A model generated the notes under the pieces. It ran no database searches and was not told where the DNA came from. It saw only the letters and a list, made by a program, of their open reading frames with translations. The position numbers and the translations under genes were made by a program. Positions 9,017 to 19,756 of a stretch of 64,000 nt of DNA are shown here, piece after piece (positions within the stretch are counted from its first letter, which is position 1; the number at the start of each line of letters is the position of its first letter). The stretch lies in the IMG/VR virus record IMGVR_UViG_3300010885_025649, positions 62,001 to 126,000 of that record; one strand, written 5' to 3'.

Positions 9017-12000
9017 TTAAAAACCGAGAGCATTAGGAGTTAAATCAAATACATATAAATCTAATACACCATTACCACTACCGGCATTAGTAACCCAACC
9101 TTCTAACTTTAATGTGTGAGTGGTAGTAGTTAAATCTAAACTTCCAATGGAAGTGGCAAAGTTAACTGTAGAGTAATTAGTGGTAGCAGTACCCATAAAC
9201 TTTAACCCACCATTAGCTGTAATTGTAGTACCAACCCCAAAACATCTCATTGTTCCTTGAATAATAATAGGCCCAACTTGACTATCAGTTAAAGTAACTA
9301 GTACAATTTGAGTTTCAGCATTTCCTGCATTATATTGAACTAATCTAATATTCTTAGTATTAGTAGCCGTATTACCACTAGCTTGAGCAACTATTTTAAA
9401 CGCTAACTCAGAACCTACTACAAAGGAGTTTGCAGGAACTGTTCTAATAATAGAAGATCCACCATTATCAACTACCACAGCATTAGCAGTAGTACTAGTA
9501 ATATTAATAACTCCTCTAGTATTATAAGCAGCACTATTAAGTCCTCTAGTTAATAACGTACTATTCCTCTTAAGAACATTAGAGTTAAATACCAAGCTAG
9601 TTACAGATTCATTAGAACTAGGGCAAGTAATATTACCAGCTAATAAAGTACAATCAGAGATATTATTATTACTAGAATTAACATATAAACTTACATCTCC
9701 AACCATAAATAAACATCTATCTAATACATTATATTGTCCTTGAATATACGCACCATAAGTATTACTACCATTATAAGAAGGTGTGCCGTTAAAATCACAG
9801 CCGATAAGTTTATTACTTAAGCATTGATTTCCATTACTATCTTTCTCACTTAACTGTAAGTAATATTTAAAGCCAATATTATTACAAGTAAAACTACTAT
9901 CTCTAACTGTATTAGAAATAGGAGCAATATCAATAATAGGAATAACAGTAAGATTATTAGTAGAACTTGCAGTAGCCGCATTACTAACAACCATAGAACC
10001 ATAATTAACCGCAGCAGATACACTTAACCCTGTGCCGGCTTTAGTAGTTGCTGTCGCAATAGTTAAAGTATATCCACTAATCTTAGTTAACTGGAATGAT
10101 TGGGTGGTAGCATCTCCATAGGTAATAGTTAATGTCATACCTACTACTAGATTAGTAGTAGATGATGCCGCAGTTAATGTGGTTCCATTAACTGTAGAGG
10201 TAGCAGTAAATACAATAGCAGTCGGATTAACAGTAGCAGCTAAAGAAGCATTAGTAGAATTAGCAGCTTTACTTAAGGTTATAGTTGTTCCAGAAACAGC
10301 AGTAATAACTGTACCGCTAGGAAATACTGTATCAGAAGCACTAATAACTAACTGCCCTATATTACCAGAGGTTAATCCACTAGCAGTCATAGTAGTACTA
10401 TTAAGTGTAGTGGCAGCAGTAATACTCGTAGGAGAGCCGGTCTTAGGATATTTAGTTCCTACTATTGTAGAAGCCGGAATACCTGTGCCATATATCTGTG
10501 TAGTTCCTGTAGTTAAAGCAGTAAGAGTGGTGTTTAATATATTAGCTATAAAAGTGCTACCAGAAGTAGTAATTCCATAGAAACTACTGGTATGATCATA
10601 ATTAGTAAGAACATAACCATTACCATTTCTAAGAGAATCACCATTGAATGCTACTAAAGTATCAGAGCTAATTCCATTCTCAACAATCTTAATACGATCA
10701 AATACATTATGGTGTGCACCGCCGGCAATCAAGCATTGATACCAAGTAGAAGTAACACCAGTACTAATAGTACCTGCATCTATAGTAAAGTCTTCATATA
10801 CATTATGGTGAATAGCTTCACTAATCTGAAATAGAGATCCTCTAGGCCCACCCGGAGAATTAGGATCTCCAGGACTTCCATCAGAGTTAACAGTAGCACT
10901 AGAAGTATTAGCATATTGTCCAGACCAACCAACTTGTATATTCTTAAAGTTAGAGTTATGACTGAAGTATGCAGTCTCTATAACTTTCTGGTGGAATAAT
11001 CCGGTTACATTTCTAAAGACAGTATAAGCAAAAGCATTACCATAAATAATCTGTCTAGCTTCTATATAAAGATCTTCAAAGAGACATTCAAAAGTACCAC
11101 CAGTAGCGGACCAAGGACCTAAAGATTTAATAGCAATTCCAGCTATAGTAGAATTACAGGTAACAAACTTCCTATTATATAATCCATCACTAGCATTAGC
11201 AGAAGAAGAAATAGTTAATCCGGTGGCAGTAGTTGTAGCTAAAGCAGGATTACCATTCTTATCTCCAATAGTAAAAGAAGTATTGGGAGTAACAGTCAAA
11301 ACATGACTATTAAGTGGAATACCCACCCCGGTAATTAAATCTCCTACAGTAACACTACGACTGGCTCCTAATGGAGTAGTACCACTAGTACTACCTGTAG
11401 TAATAGTATTGCTATTAAGTGTAATGGCACCTGTAATAGTAACTGTATCTCCAAAGTATCCATCAATCCTAACTGTAGAGCCACTATTAAAAGCAACTTC
11501 TAAAGGATATCTTAGAGTAATTACAGTATTACCCCCATTAATAGTAACCGCTTCCACTCTATTAACATAACCATTTAAAGAAATAGTTCTATTATTACTT
11601 GTAGTGGTATTCAAAGCACTATCATAATACGAAGAATCTTGATAATAAAGATTACTATCCTTTAGGAATAGAATACTACCTGCAGTAAATCTAGGAGTAT
11701 AGGCAGAAGTAACAAGAGTAATAGTTCTTGCACCCGCGCTAGCTGTAAAGCTAAATGGATATAGGAGATCTACCTCTACACCACCATAATTACCATTAAA
11801 GAATACACAAGAGGTTTGAATTCCACTTGTTGTAGGAGTGGTTGGGTTATAGAATAAGGCTGCTTTACCCGGCCCCCACAATTTAATATTATTAGGAGTA
11901 TACAAAGGGGGACTAATTAGATATTGTCCTGCTGGAGCATAAATAGAACCCCCACCAAGATTACTTAAAGTATCAAGAGCTAATTGAATATAAGAACTAT

Positions 12001-12631
12001 CACTAGCAACAAAGTCACCTTTAGCTCCGGCTTGTTTAATGTTCAGATCTTTTAAAGGTCTAACAAACCTACCAGTTGTAATATTAGAACTCTTAAAGGT
12101 TATAAATCCATCATCGGGAGTAGTGGAACCAGAAATCCATTGGACTTCTCCACCACCCCCATCCCCGGGAGTATAATAACCTTCTACATAAAACCAATTA
12201 TTATTAACTTGATTAGCTGTTACACTTCTAAGCGCCGCCACATTAGGAAGAATTACATAAACTTCAGAGTTATAACTATAAAGATTAGTAAAGAATCCTT
12301 GACCTGGAGTAGTAGTTCCTATATCTCCTGGAGTAGCCAAGCTATCAATAATAGTAACTATTGGTCCGGTAGCCACAGTAATATTAATAAAGGTACTAAC
12401 CACAGTAAGACCTGTAGCAGTACCTCTAATTTCAATTAAATAAGTACCTACTGCAATACTATCAGTCCAGGTAAGAGTAGTTACTATTGTAGTAGCAACG
12501 CCAACTACTGGAGTAATAGGGTTAGTAGCAAAAGCACAAGTTAGATTGGGAGGTAATCCAATTGCACTTAAAGTTATTGGGGCTGTGATTCCTGTTGTAT
12601 TAACAGTCACATTAAAGATTTGTTGTCCCAT
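9017..12631 (-). CDS. Large tailspike/beta-helix (pectate_lyase_3-like) receptor-binding protein
   Basis: NIKQAGAKGDF…DSSYIQLALD…GGGSIYAPAGQY motif; T/S/G-rich repeats; 1204 aa. Confidence 0.7.
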   Translation of the reverse strand: MGQQIFNVTVNTTGITAPITLSAIGLPPNLTCAFATNPITPVVGVATTIVTTLTWTDSIAVGTYLIEIRGTATGLTVVSTFINITVATGPIVTIIDSLATPGDIGTTTPGQGFFTNLYSYNSEVYVILPNVAALRSVTANQVNNNWFYVEGYYTPGDGGGGEVQWISGSTTPDDGFITFKSSNITTGRFVRPLKDLNIKQAGAKGDFVASDSSYIQLALDTLSNLGGGSIYAPAGQYLISPPLYTPNNIKLWGPGKAALFYNPTTPTTSGIQTSCVFFNGNYGGVEVDLLYPFSFTASAGARTITLVTSAYTPRFTAGSILFLKDSNLYYQDSSYYDSALNTTTSNNRTISLNGYVNRVEAVTINGGNTVITLRYPLEVAFNSGSTVRIDGYFGDTVTITGAITLNSNTITTGSTSGTTPLGASRSVTVGDLITGVGIPLNSHVLTVTPNTSFTIGDKNGNPALATTTATGLTISSSANASDGLYNRKFVTCNSTIAGIAIKSLGPWSATGGTFECLFEDLYIEARQIIYGNAFAYTVFRNVTGLFHQKVIETAYFSHNSNFKNIQVGWSGQYANTSSATVNSDGSPGDPNSPGGPRGSLFQISEAIHHNVYEDFTIDAGTISTGVTSTWYQCLIAGGAHHNVFDRIKIVENGISSDTLVAFNGDSLRNGNGYVLTNYDHTSSFYGITTSGSTFIANILNTTLTALTTGTTQIYGTGIPASTIVGTKYPKTGSPTSITAATTLNSTTMTASGLTSGNIGQLVISASDTVFPSGTVITAVSGTTITLSKAANSTNASLAATVNPTAIVFTATSTVNGTTLTAASSTTNLVVGMTLTITYGDATTQSFQLTKISGYTLTIATATTKAGTGLSVSAAVNYGSMVVSNAATASSTNNLTVIPIIDIAPISNTVRDSSFTCNNIGFKYYLQLSEKDSNGNQCLSNKLIGCDFNGTPSYNGSNTYGAYIQGQYNVLDRCLFMVGDVSLYVNSSNNNISDCTLLAGNITCPSSNESVTSLVFNSNVLKRNSTLLTRGLNSAAYNTRGVINITSTTANAVVVDNGGSSIIRTVPANSFVVGSELAFKIVAQASGNTATNTKNIRLVQYNAGNAETQIVLVTLTDSQVGPIIIQGTMRCFGVGTTITANGGLKFMGTATTNYSTVNFATSIGSLDLTTTTHTLKLEGWVTNAGSGNGVLDLYVFDLTPNALGF

Positions 12632-12684
12632 TTGTATCCCATAAATATTATATTAACAATGTTAACATAATACAAATGGAATAA

Positions 12685-12951
12685 CTAAGCGGGATTAGAA
12701 TCTCTACGAATTAATTCCTCTGTAACTAATTGCACAAAGTCTTCAATAGGAATTCTAGTATCCGCCAATCCTGCGGGATCTTGTTTAAGAAGTTGTAAGG
12801 TTTCATACTTACTATTTCTTAGCCCTGTCCAAGGTTTATTTGGATGACCATACACAATTTCCTTAACAATTAACTTTGTTTGGTTGCTTGCATCAATTTG
12901 TGCATTAGACTTCTTAAGATTATCATCAGGGCGTTCAGCTAACATGCTCAT
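12685..12951 (-). CDS. Hypothetical protein
   Basis: ORF tiles the operon. Confidence 0.5.
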   Translation of the reverse strand: MSMLAERPDDNLKKSNAQIDASNQTKLIVKEIVYGHPNKPWTGLRNSKYETLQLLKQDPAGLADTRIPIEDFVQLVTEELIRRDSNPA

Positions 12952-13363
12952 GGGTTAATTCTCCTGGAGGTCGAAATTGATCACTAGCTTGTATCATACT
13001 TAATCTGCACTTATCATCACTAAAGAACTGATAAATCATATATCCAAGTTTAGGAAATTCCCTACAATACCCAGCTAGTAATAATCTATGTCCTATTAAA
13101 TAATGGTTATTAAAAGATTTATCTTCCCAACAAGGCGCTAAGAAATCTTTCATTATTGAAATATATTCTGTCTTATCCATTGAAGAATATTTAGGACTCT
13201 GTTCTAATATCTGTTTAGTAAATACAGTAATTGCAAAGACATCTACTATATCAAACCGTCTGGGATTATAACTACCTAAATCCTCCAAATATAAATCTAA
13301 TAGTTTTGCCGCTAAATAAGTTACGGGGATGGCATCATAAAAATTATCGAGATTATCAAACAC
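12935..13363 (-). CDS. Hypothetical protein
   Basis: ORF tiles the operon. Confidence 0.5.
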   Translation of the reverse strand: MFDNLDNFYDAIPVTYLAAKLLDLYLEDLGSYNPRRFDIVDVFAITVFTKQILEQSPKYSSMDKTEYISIMKDFLAPCWEDKSFNNHYLIGHRLLLAGYCREFPKLGYMIYQFFSDDKCRLSMIQASDQFRPPGELTHEHVS

Positions 13364-13545
13364 TTTAAGGCTCCTAATAAAAAATGAGCCTGTGGTAATT
13401 TAATGATACTTAATTCTAACAATACCATCCGAATAACTAGGTTTAGAACAACCAGTAAAATCTTCAGAGCACAAAATATAAATATTAAGTTTCTTAAAAA
13501 CATTTAATGTAAAATAGCTACCATATTCTATAGATTCACAATAAG

Positions 13546-14100
13546 TCATTTATATTTATCTAGTAAGTTGTATAGTAATTCAGGACCATCAGGGCCGTGG
13601 AATACAATATCAGAATGTACTCCAGTGGGTTTATTATCCAATCGTTGTGTTATTAGCCTAGTAACCATTTTATTATTAAGCATTATATAGTCTTTATGTA
13701 ATGGAGTTATTATTTTAGCAGCTTTTGGATAAGCATTAAAAGTATTAAGCGGAGTATAAGTATCTCCAACCTTTGCAACATATATTGGAGTCTTCTGCTT
13801 CGTATAATCTGCAATAGCATATAGTAATTCCTCTTTAGTAAAATGACTAAAGAGACTATTTATAGCATATTTAAAGTCAACTTTCCTAAGATGTCTAGCC
13901 ATATATAATACTCTACCTAATTTAGTATAGGCAGATCTAGTTGTACTTTTAATAGGCTTTAATGTAGAAGTCTTTGTATAGCTAATATAAGTATAATAGT
14001 TATCACATTTAATTACTTTACTATAAGTAGAATTAGGCGAATCCAAAAGAATACATATAATACTACCTTGATATTTAAAGTACGGATTGATCATATTCAT
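13546..14100 (-). CDS. Hypothetical basic protein
   Basis: 184-aa ORF, K/Y-rich. Confidence 0.5.
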   Translation of the reverse strand: MNMINPYFKYQGSIICILLDSPNSTYSKVIKCDNYYTYISYTKTSTLKPIKSTTRSAYTKLGRVLYMARHLRKVDFKYAINSLFSHFTKEELLYAIADYTKQKTPIYVAKVGDTYTPLNTFNAYPKAAKIITPLHKDYIMLNNKMVTRLITQRLDNKPTGVHSDIVFHGPDGPELLYNLLDKYK

Positions 14101-14554
14101 ATAAATAAATATCTACAGATTGTGCAAAGTGTTGAATCATTAATTCAATCAAAGACCAGAACCCGCCGCTACGAACACTACCAATATATGGCATATGAAT
14201 AGTATAAGAGTTCTTTATAGCCTGGGTGGTAATATATTCCAAACACTGATATAACTCTGGGTATCTAATAGGCGGAATATTAGTTCCATCTACTAGAGCA
14301 TTATAACCAACCTTGTGCTGTGCGCACATATTAGCTACATAAATCCCAGGGGTTTCAGTCTTAATAATATCAACTTGTCCTGGAAACATGGGGGAGTGCG
14401 CACGATAAGTTCGTTCCGAAATAGGATAGCGAAGTCCTAATGGAACTACAAATCCACTTCCCCATAATCCGGCATCATTAACAATATGAGCAATGAGACT
14501 ACTCCCGCCAGTTTTTACTGGGAGAGTAGCATCACCTTTAAGTTTAATTAACAT
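14075..14554 (-). CDS. Macrodomain protein (ADP-ribose binding/hydrolase)
   Basis: KGDAT…IAHIVNDAGLWGSGFV…ANMCAQ…IHMPYIGS…GGFW. Confidence 0.85.
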   Translation of the reverse strand: MLIKLKGDATLPVKTGGSSLIAHIVNDAGLWGSGFVVPLGLRYPISERTYRAHSPMFPGQVDIIKTETPGIYVANMCAQHKVGYNALVDGTNIPPIRYPELYQCLEYITTQAIKNSYTIHMPYIGSVRSGGFWSLIELMIQHFAQSVDIYLYEYDQSVL

Positions 14555-14776
14555 TTACACTACCTGAATACGTTCACCAAAATCAATATAACCATCTTGA
14601 GCAAGTTTCTTAAGCACAACCTTTTCAGCAGCATAAGAATAATGTTTAGACTTACGAAAATACAAAATAGCTGACGACCATTCAATTGGAATTTGTAACT
14701 CCTCCGCAATTTGTTGAGATTCAATTTTGATGGACAAGATGTACTCACTGATGGCGGTGTCAATTGCTGTTGTCAT
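14555..14776 (-). CDS. Small helical protein, paralog of 55692-55901
   Basis: QIAEELQI…YFRKSKHYSYAAEK aligns with EIATELNI…LLRAGANYTAQAEI. Confidence 0.5.
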   Translation of the reverse strand: MTTAIDTAISEYILSIKIESQQIAEELQIPIEWSSAILYFRKSKHYSYAAEKVVLKKLAQDGYIDFGERIQVV

Positions 14777-14807
14777 CGGATGAACTGCTCCAAAGGAAAT
14801 GGGGATG

Positions 14808-16100
14808 TTAAATTGTACTTAATGCATAATACATCTGAGATAATAAATGGTAATGTTTAGTCGGAAGATGAACACCTTCCAAGACTGTTCTAATATCTTT
14901 TATAAGATAACCTAATGGGTAACCTACTTGCGCGGCTATTATTTTGGCTTCTTGTAACACGTCTTTATAATCTTTCATAAAGTCCTGTTCATCATAGCCA
15001 AACTCAAATCCTAAAGTTAAGAAATCAATATTAGAATTTATATTATCCGCAATATACTGCACAGATTCTTTAACATCAGCTTCAGTAACCTCTTTTGCTG
15101 GAGGTAACTTTAGTTGTTCTTTAAGACTTGGTGCAGCAGGAAAAGACTTATCTACAATACTATAATCAGGTTTAGCAGTTTTACTACCATTATTATATCC
15201 ACCAATATTATAGTTGCCACTATAAGCAGGATTAGTATAAGTAAAAGGATTACCCAGCTTTTGGCCAGATTTACCTTTACAGTTATCTAGATCCAGATTA
15301 TACATAGTAGTTTCAGTATCCTCAACAGTAGGAACTTCCGCATGATATTTAATATTAGATAACTTATCAATAGTAAATGCCACCTTCCAATTATCAACCC
15401 GTTCTCTAGGAGAAGCATATACAGCATGTCCACCAGTTAAGGCAAAGGAAGTAGCTGTTGCTAGCATAGAGCACATGATAATTGGTTTAGGAATTGTGGC
15501 TGAGTATTGGAAGTTCCAATCCTTAGATTGTTGAACTGCCAATTCCCTAGCATATCCTTCTGGCATCATCTTGATATATTCTTCATTAGAAGTATTACAA
15601 TCAATATTAGCCATAGGATTAACTCCTAAAGCAGCTTGCCAAGCTTTAGTTTCCGCAACGCGAGTGGCAAGTTTCCTATAATATACTGAAGCAATTCCCA
15701 GATCATAAGGTTTAATTAAATCTGAAATAACTGTTAAAGTATAAGATTCATCTAGGCCACCTATAGAAGTTTTAGGGTGTGCATGATACCAATTCTTATC
15801 TGCAGTAGAAAGCCGACCAAGGCATTTACTTTGCATATAATCATCAGTAGCATTAAATGCGCATAGCGCAGCAGTTTTAGCAACTACTTTATAAGCTGCA
15901 TTTTCTGCAGGCATTTGGAATCGAATAACTTTATCTTCTTCAATAAAATCTAATCGCGCTTTATAGAAATCAATCTTAGCTTGAGAAGGATAATCAACTC
16001 CATAAACATTCCCATTAGATAATTCAATGTCAATATCTTTAACAGTACTTATAGGTTTAAAGTAATTCCCAATTTGGGGTGATGCATGTTTCCGTGACAT
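14808..16100 (-). CDS. Hypothetical protein with possible JAB/MPN-like HxH motif
   Basis: WYHAHPKTSIGGLD resembles JAB WxHSHP…D but with shorter spacing; third gene after ThiF. Confidence 0.35.
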   Translation of the reverse strand: MSRKHASPQIGNYFKPISTVKDIDIELSNGNVYGVDYPSQAKIDFYKARLDFIEEDKVIRFQMPAENAAYKVVAKTAALCAFNATDDYMQSKCLGRLSTADKNWYHAHPKTSIGGLDESYTLTVISDLIKPYDLGIASVYYRKLATRVAETKAWQAALGVNPMANIDCNTSNEEYIKMMPEGYARELAVQQSKDWNFQYSATIPKPIIMCSMLATATSFALTGGHAVYASPRERVDNWKVAFTIDKLSNIKYHAEVPTVEDTETTMYNLDLDNCKGKSGQKLGNPFTYTNPAYSGNYNIGGYNNGSKTAKPDYSIVDKSFPAAPSLKEQLKLPPAKEVTEADVKESVQYIADNINSNIDFLTLGFEFGYDEQDFMKDYKDVLQEAKIIAAQVGYPLGYLIKDIRTVLEGVHLPTKHYHLLSQMYYALSTI

Positions 16101-16107
16101 ATTATTC

Positions 16108-17469
16108 CTATTGTAATTTATTTGCAGCGGTTAGAAACTTATTTAATCTTTCAACACGACCTTTTAATTTAGCGCCATAGATAACATTATATCCAGGGAT
16201 TGTATCACTATGACCATTGCCATAGATTCTACTAAATGCAGAATCCACAATCCAAGCATATAAAGATCTAGGACTAGACTTAGGAGTTTGTAGATTATAA
16301 CCTTTATCAAGAGATTTGAGTCTATTCCGTTGGCACCAAGAAGAGCCAATGAATAATAAATCAGACCACGGAACAAAGTTATCTACAATATCAGGACGTA
16401 ACTTACTATAAGCAGCATAGTATTGTTCAGGGGTAGCAAATAAGATTCTACAACCTTCTAATACATCTTTACCACCAATCGTAAAGTAAATTTGATAACA
16501 TTCTCCAAAGTAAATTAGAGGAGAACCTGAACCATTTTTATCATAGAGAACTCTAAGAATATTTTGATTATCATATTCAGTATGAATACTAAGCTTTGGA
16601 GTATGATAATTAACTGCATCTAGAGTACACTCCATAGACCCATCACTAACATAAGCAGCGATATGTTTACGAAGATACACTACTTCAAATCCAGGGATAC
16701 CTTTACAATGTTCTCTAACTTGTTCTAACATTGCAGAGTTATCTTCAAATTCAACTTCATTAGGCGAACTAATAATCCAATAATCTTCCTGCTTATAATT
16801 CTTAGAAGCTTCTTTTAGTAGCGCAGTACGTTGTTCATCAGTTACCTGTGGAGGATTTAAAGAGGCTAAATAATAAGTAGTCTCTACCTTTTTAGAAAGC
16901 TCCTTAGGATTAAAGTAATAATAAAGATTAGTATTAGTAGATAACGTACAACCTTGATTAAAAGCATCTCTTAGGTATGAAGTCATAGGACAATCATATA
17001 AAGTAATATTCGTAATCTTTTGTACTGGCGAATTAGTTGTAGCGGTACATACATTAAATCTATTAAGATTAGCACTAACACCTTTACTAGCCGGAAACAT
17101 ATTATCAAGTTTAACAAGTGCTTTAGTCGTAGTAATTACTTCAGAGATTTCTAAATCTGTTTCTACTTCAGCAGGCATAACTAAATCTTCAACAAACTCT
17201 TCAGATTCAAACTCAATTAAAGGGTGAGTCTTACTTATTAATTGAGATAGAAATGTTTCTACGGTTGGTTTAGTTTTAAACTTCCAACGTTTAGAAGTAA
17301 GATTATAATTAGAAAAATCAACAGTATTTAAGTCAACAACTTTACCACTATAGGGATAAACGTCAAAGCCATTCCCTAAGTTTACATTGACTGTTGTCGG
17401 CCCGCCGTGTAATTTATTACCAATAACTGTACCAAATACAGGTTTATAATCCTTCAATTTATATTTCAT
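16108..17469 (-). CDS. Hypothetical protein (possible E2-like C-terminal part)
   Basis: 453 aa, start coupled to the ThiF stop. C-terminal PW…IGSSWC…AFSRIYGN is a weak E2-like pattern only. Confidence 0.3.
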   Translation of the reverse strand: MKYKLKDYKPVFGTVIGNKLHGGPTTVNVNLGNGFDVYPYSGKVVDLNTVDFSNYNLTSKRWKFKTKPTVETFLSQLISKTHPLIEFESEEFVEDLVMPAEVETDLEISEVITTTKALVKLDNMFPASKGVSANLNRFNVCTATTNSPVQKITNITLYDCPMTSYLRDAFNQGCTLSTNTNLYYYFNPKELSKKVETTYYLASLNPPQVTDEQRTALLKEASKNYKQEDYWIISSPNEVEFEDNSAMLEQVREHCKGIPGFEVVYLRKHIAAYVSDGSMECTLDAVNYHTPKLSIHTEYDNQNILRVLYDKNGSGSPLIYFGECYQIYFTIGGKDVLEGCRILFATPEQYYAAYSKLRPDIVDNFVPWSDLLFIGSSWCQRNRLKSLDKGYNLQTPKSSPRSLYAWIVDSAFSRIYGNGHSDTIPGYNVIYGAKLKGRVERLNKFLTAANKLQ

Positions 17470-18185
17470 TAAAACTCATCCCAATGTGTATATTGTTTAT
17501 CAAAAGTTAAAGTAGTAGTTGTAGCAGACCAATTAGTTAATACCCCAGAACTATTAGCACCTTCTGTTAAATCAGTAACATAATTGCTAACATCTCTACC
17601 TAATGAAATAAATAAAGCTTCTAGTAAACCAAAAACAGTATTCATTATAAGAGGTCTAAAAGAATTCAATTCACATGGCGGTAGTTTAGTTTCCACTGCA
17701 TTAAGAATTACTTGCTTTTGATTATAAGACATTTTAGTAGGATTCAATCCAAAAGTATCATACGTTTTATAAGTCCAAGTTATGGAGCCAGAACCAGAAG
17801 TAGCCATGCCACCATGTAATACTGGCATTTGAGTAGCCATACCATGTTCCCATAGCATCCATCTTGATTCAACATTATCAACTACATCAATAATAATACC
17901 CTTTCCAGGAGGAATTAGATTAAAGATATTCTCCTTAGTAACTCTCACTTCATAAGATTGAAGAGTTACATAAGGATTCTCTTGTGCTAATCGCTCACAA
18001 ATAGAAACCTTAGGTTTACCAATATCAGTATAATCAAAGGCTTGTGCTACCACATTTCTGCGCTCAATTGTATCATCATCAAAAGCGTGAATACTAATAG
18101 GTAACTCTACTGCGAGTGCACGTTTACACATTTCTACTAATAGATTAGATCCTAAAGCACCAACACCAATCAAATATAATTGCAT
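17469..18185 (-). CDS. ThiF/MoeB/E1-like adenylyltransferase
   Basis: LIGVGALGS, DDDTIERRNVVAQ, GKPK, IIDVVDNVESR, PPC. Confidence 0.88.
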   Translation of the reverse strand: MQLYLIGVGALGSNLLVEMCKRALAVELPISIHAFDDDTIERRNVVAQAFDYTDIGKPKVSICERLAQENPYVTLQSYEVRVTKENIFNLIPPGKGIIIDVVDNVESRWMLWEHGMATQMPVLHGGMATSGSGSITWTYKTYDTFGLNPTKMSYNQKQVILNAVETKLPPCELNSFRPLIMNTVFGLLEALFISLGRDVSNYVTDLTEGANSSGVLTNWSATTTTLTFDKQYTHWDEF

Positions 18186-18215
18186 TATGTATATTCCAGA
18201 TAGTATAAAGAATAC

Positions 18216-18248
18216 CTATTAGAGAAGAAAGCAGCTCTTCTCTAATAG
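18216..18248. terminator. Perfect 13-bp hairpin upstream of ThiF gene
   Basis: CTATTAGAGAAGA / TCTTCTCTAATAG with a 7-nt loop. Confidence 0.5.
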
Positions 18249-18260
18249 ATACTTAAGGGT

Positions 18261-18737
18261 TTAACCCCATTGAGCTAGACCAGTTACCAAGTAAGAGACT
18301 TCACCATTTAAGGGGTGACTAATAGTAGCCAATTGCATGTGTTCAACAGCAATATACGGAAGATTCTCTTGAGGATTTAAGGTAAAGGTTTCAGGAGCAG
18401 GCAAAGTAGTAAGATACTTTTGAACACCTAAAAGAATTTGTTCATAAATACTAGTACCACCAAGCTGGCTATAAGCTTGAGAAGCGGTATTGAAATTATC
18501 CATAAGTTGTTTAATTTCAGCAGACTTCTGTTCAGGAGTCAAATTAGGAGAAGCCGCAAGTTCAGCCAACTTTTCAGAAGGAAATACTGGAGCGGGAACA
18601 TTAGAAGCTTCATCAAGTTGTAGATCAGAAAGCAATACCACTTTATGAATATTAATTCTTTTAGAACCAGAATCAGTATTACTTAAATTAATATGAACTA
18701 AGGAATTAGGAAAATACTCAACTTTAGCTGTAGACAT
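18261..18737 (-). CDS. Hypothetical protein
   Basis: 158-aa ORF with GAGG RBS. Confidence 0.55.
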   Translation of the reverse strand: MSTAKVEYFPNSLVHINLSNTDSGSKRINIHKVVLLSDLQLDEASNVPAPVFPSEKLAELAASPNLTPEQKSAEIKQLMDNFNTASQAYSQLGGTSIYEQILLGVQKYLTTLPAPETFTLNPQENLPYIAVEHMQLATISHPLNGEVSYLVTGLAQWG

Positions 18738-18859
18738 AATAAATTAACCTCTTGTAATATAGTAACGTAACCATTGATACACTCAAACTAAATATTAAAC
18801 ATATATAATAAGCGTTTAAACTTCTATAAGTTTTCCGGTAGTATCCACAGAGCTTTTAA

Positions 18860-19756
18860 TCAGAAATTCCCAGGAGCAACTTGAAGGCAAGTTAATCCCA
18901 GAGATCTCCATAATTCTACTACTTGATCTCTATCATCTAGAACGAATAGAATATTATATTTATCTTTTACATAAGTGTTATAAAGTTCTTCTTTAACAAC
19001 ACTATCTTTTCTACCATCTCCCCGACTACGCATATAGAATTCATACTCAGTAATTTCAGGAACACATTGTTTAATTTGTATCACTGAACTTATACGATCA
19101 GTATCATTACGCCCGGACATAAAGATAATCTTATATCCCTGTTTATGAAACTGATTTAAGATTTCAATAACAGGAATATTAGGAATATCCACCAGATAGC
19201 AATTCTTAGCGTCATAAGGACTACGGTCACCTACTTTAACTAGAGTGCCATCCAGATCACAAATAATAGCAGGAAGCCTATCAGTAACTACTTCAGGTAA
19301 TTCCTCTACTACTTGTATTGGATACTTCTTGAACTCATCAATGTATTGATTATACATACGACGAATGATTTGTTCTCCTAGTGGAATTGTACGCATTGCA
19401 TCTCGTTTAATGCATACACTCAACGGAGTAGACATAAAGGAATCATTAACTTCTACAGTAACATCCACTTCAAGATGTTTCATTACAGTTATTAATTCTG
19501 TAGCGCGCTGTAAATGTTTAGGATGTAAATTAGTATCAGACCAAATTACAGATTTCCCTTTCTTTAAAGCTATAATAGTAAGTTCATCCCGAGCATCAGT
19601 AACAAGATTCTCATTACCTTTACCACTAGGGCCAAAGAGCATGGTTCTTAAATCATCTTTATTAATATTAATAGTATCTTTATTCTGTTGTACATATTGA
19701 CTAGCCCAAGTAGTTTTACCTGAAGCTATCAAACCTTTAGTCAGTATTAGTTTCAT
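18860..19756 (-). CDS. pseT: Polynucleotide 5'-kinase/3'-phosphatase (PseT-like)
   Basis: GLIASGKTTWA, NKDDLR, SDTNL; HAD DLDGTL, SGR, RGDGRKDSVVK, DDRDQVV, QVAPGNF. Confidence 0.92.
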   Translation of the reverse strand: MKLILTKGLIASGKTTWASQYVQQNKDTININKDDLRTMLFGPSGKGNENLVTDARDELTIIALKKGKSVIWSDTNLHPKHLQRATELITVMKHLEVDVTVEVNDSFMSTPLSVCIKRDAMRTIPLGEQIIRRMYNQYIDEFKKYPIQVVEELPEVVTDRLPAIICDLDGTLVKVGDRSPYDAKNCYLVDIPNIPVIEILNQFHKQGYKIIFMSGRNDTDRISSVIQIKQCVPEITEYEFYMRSRGDGRKDSVVKEELYNTYVKDKYNILFVLDDRDQVVELWRSLGLTCLQVAPGNF

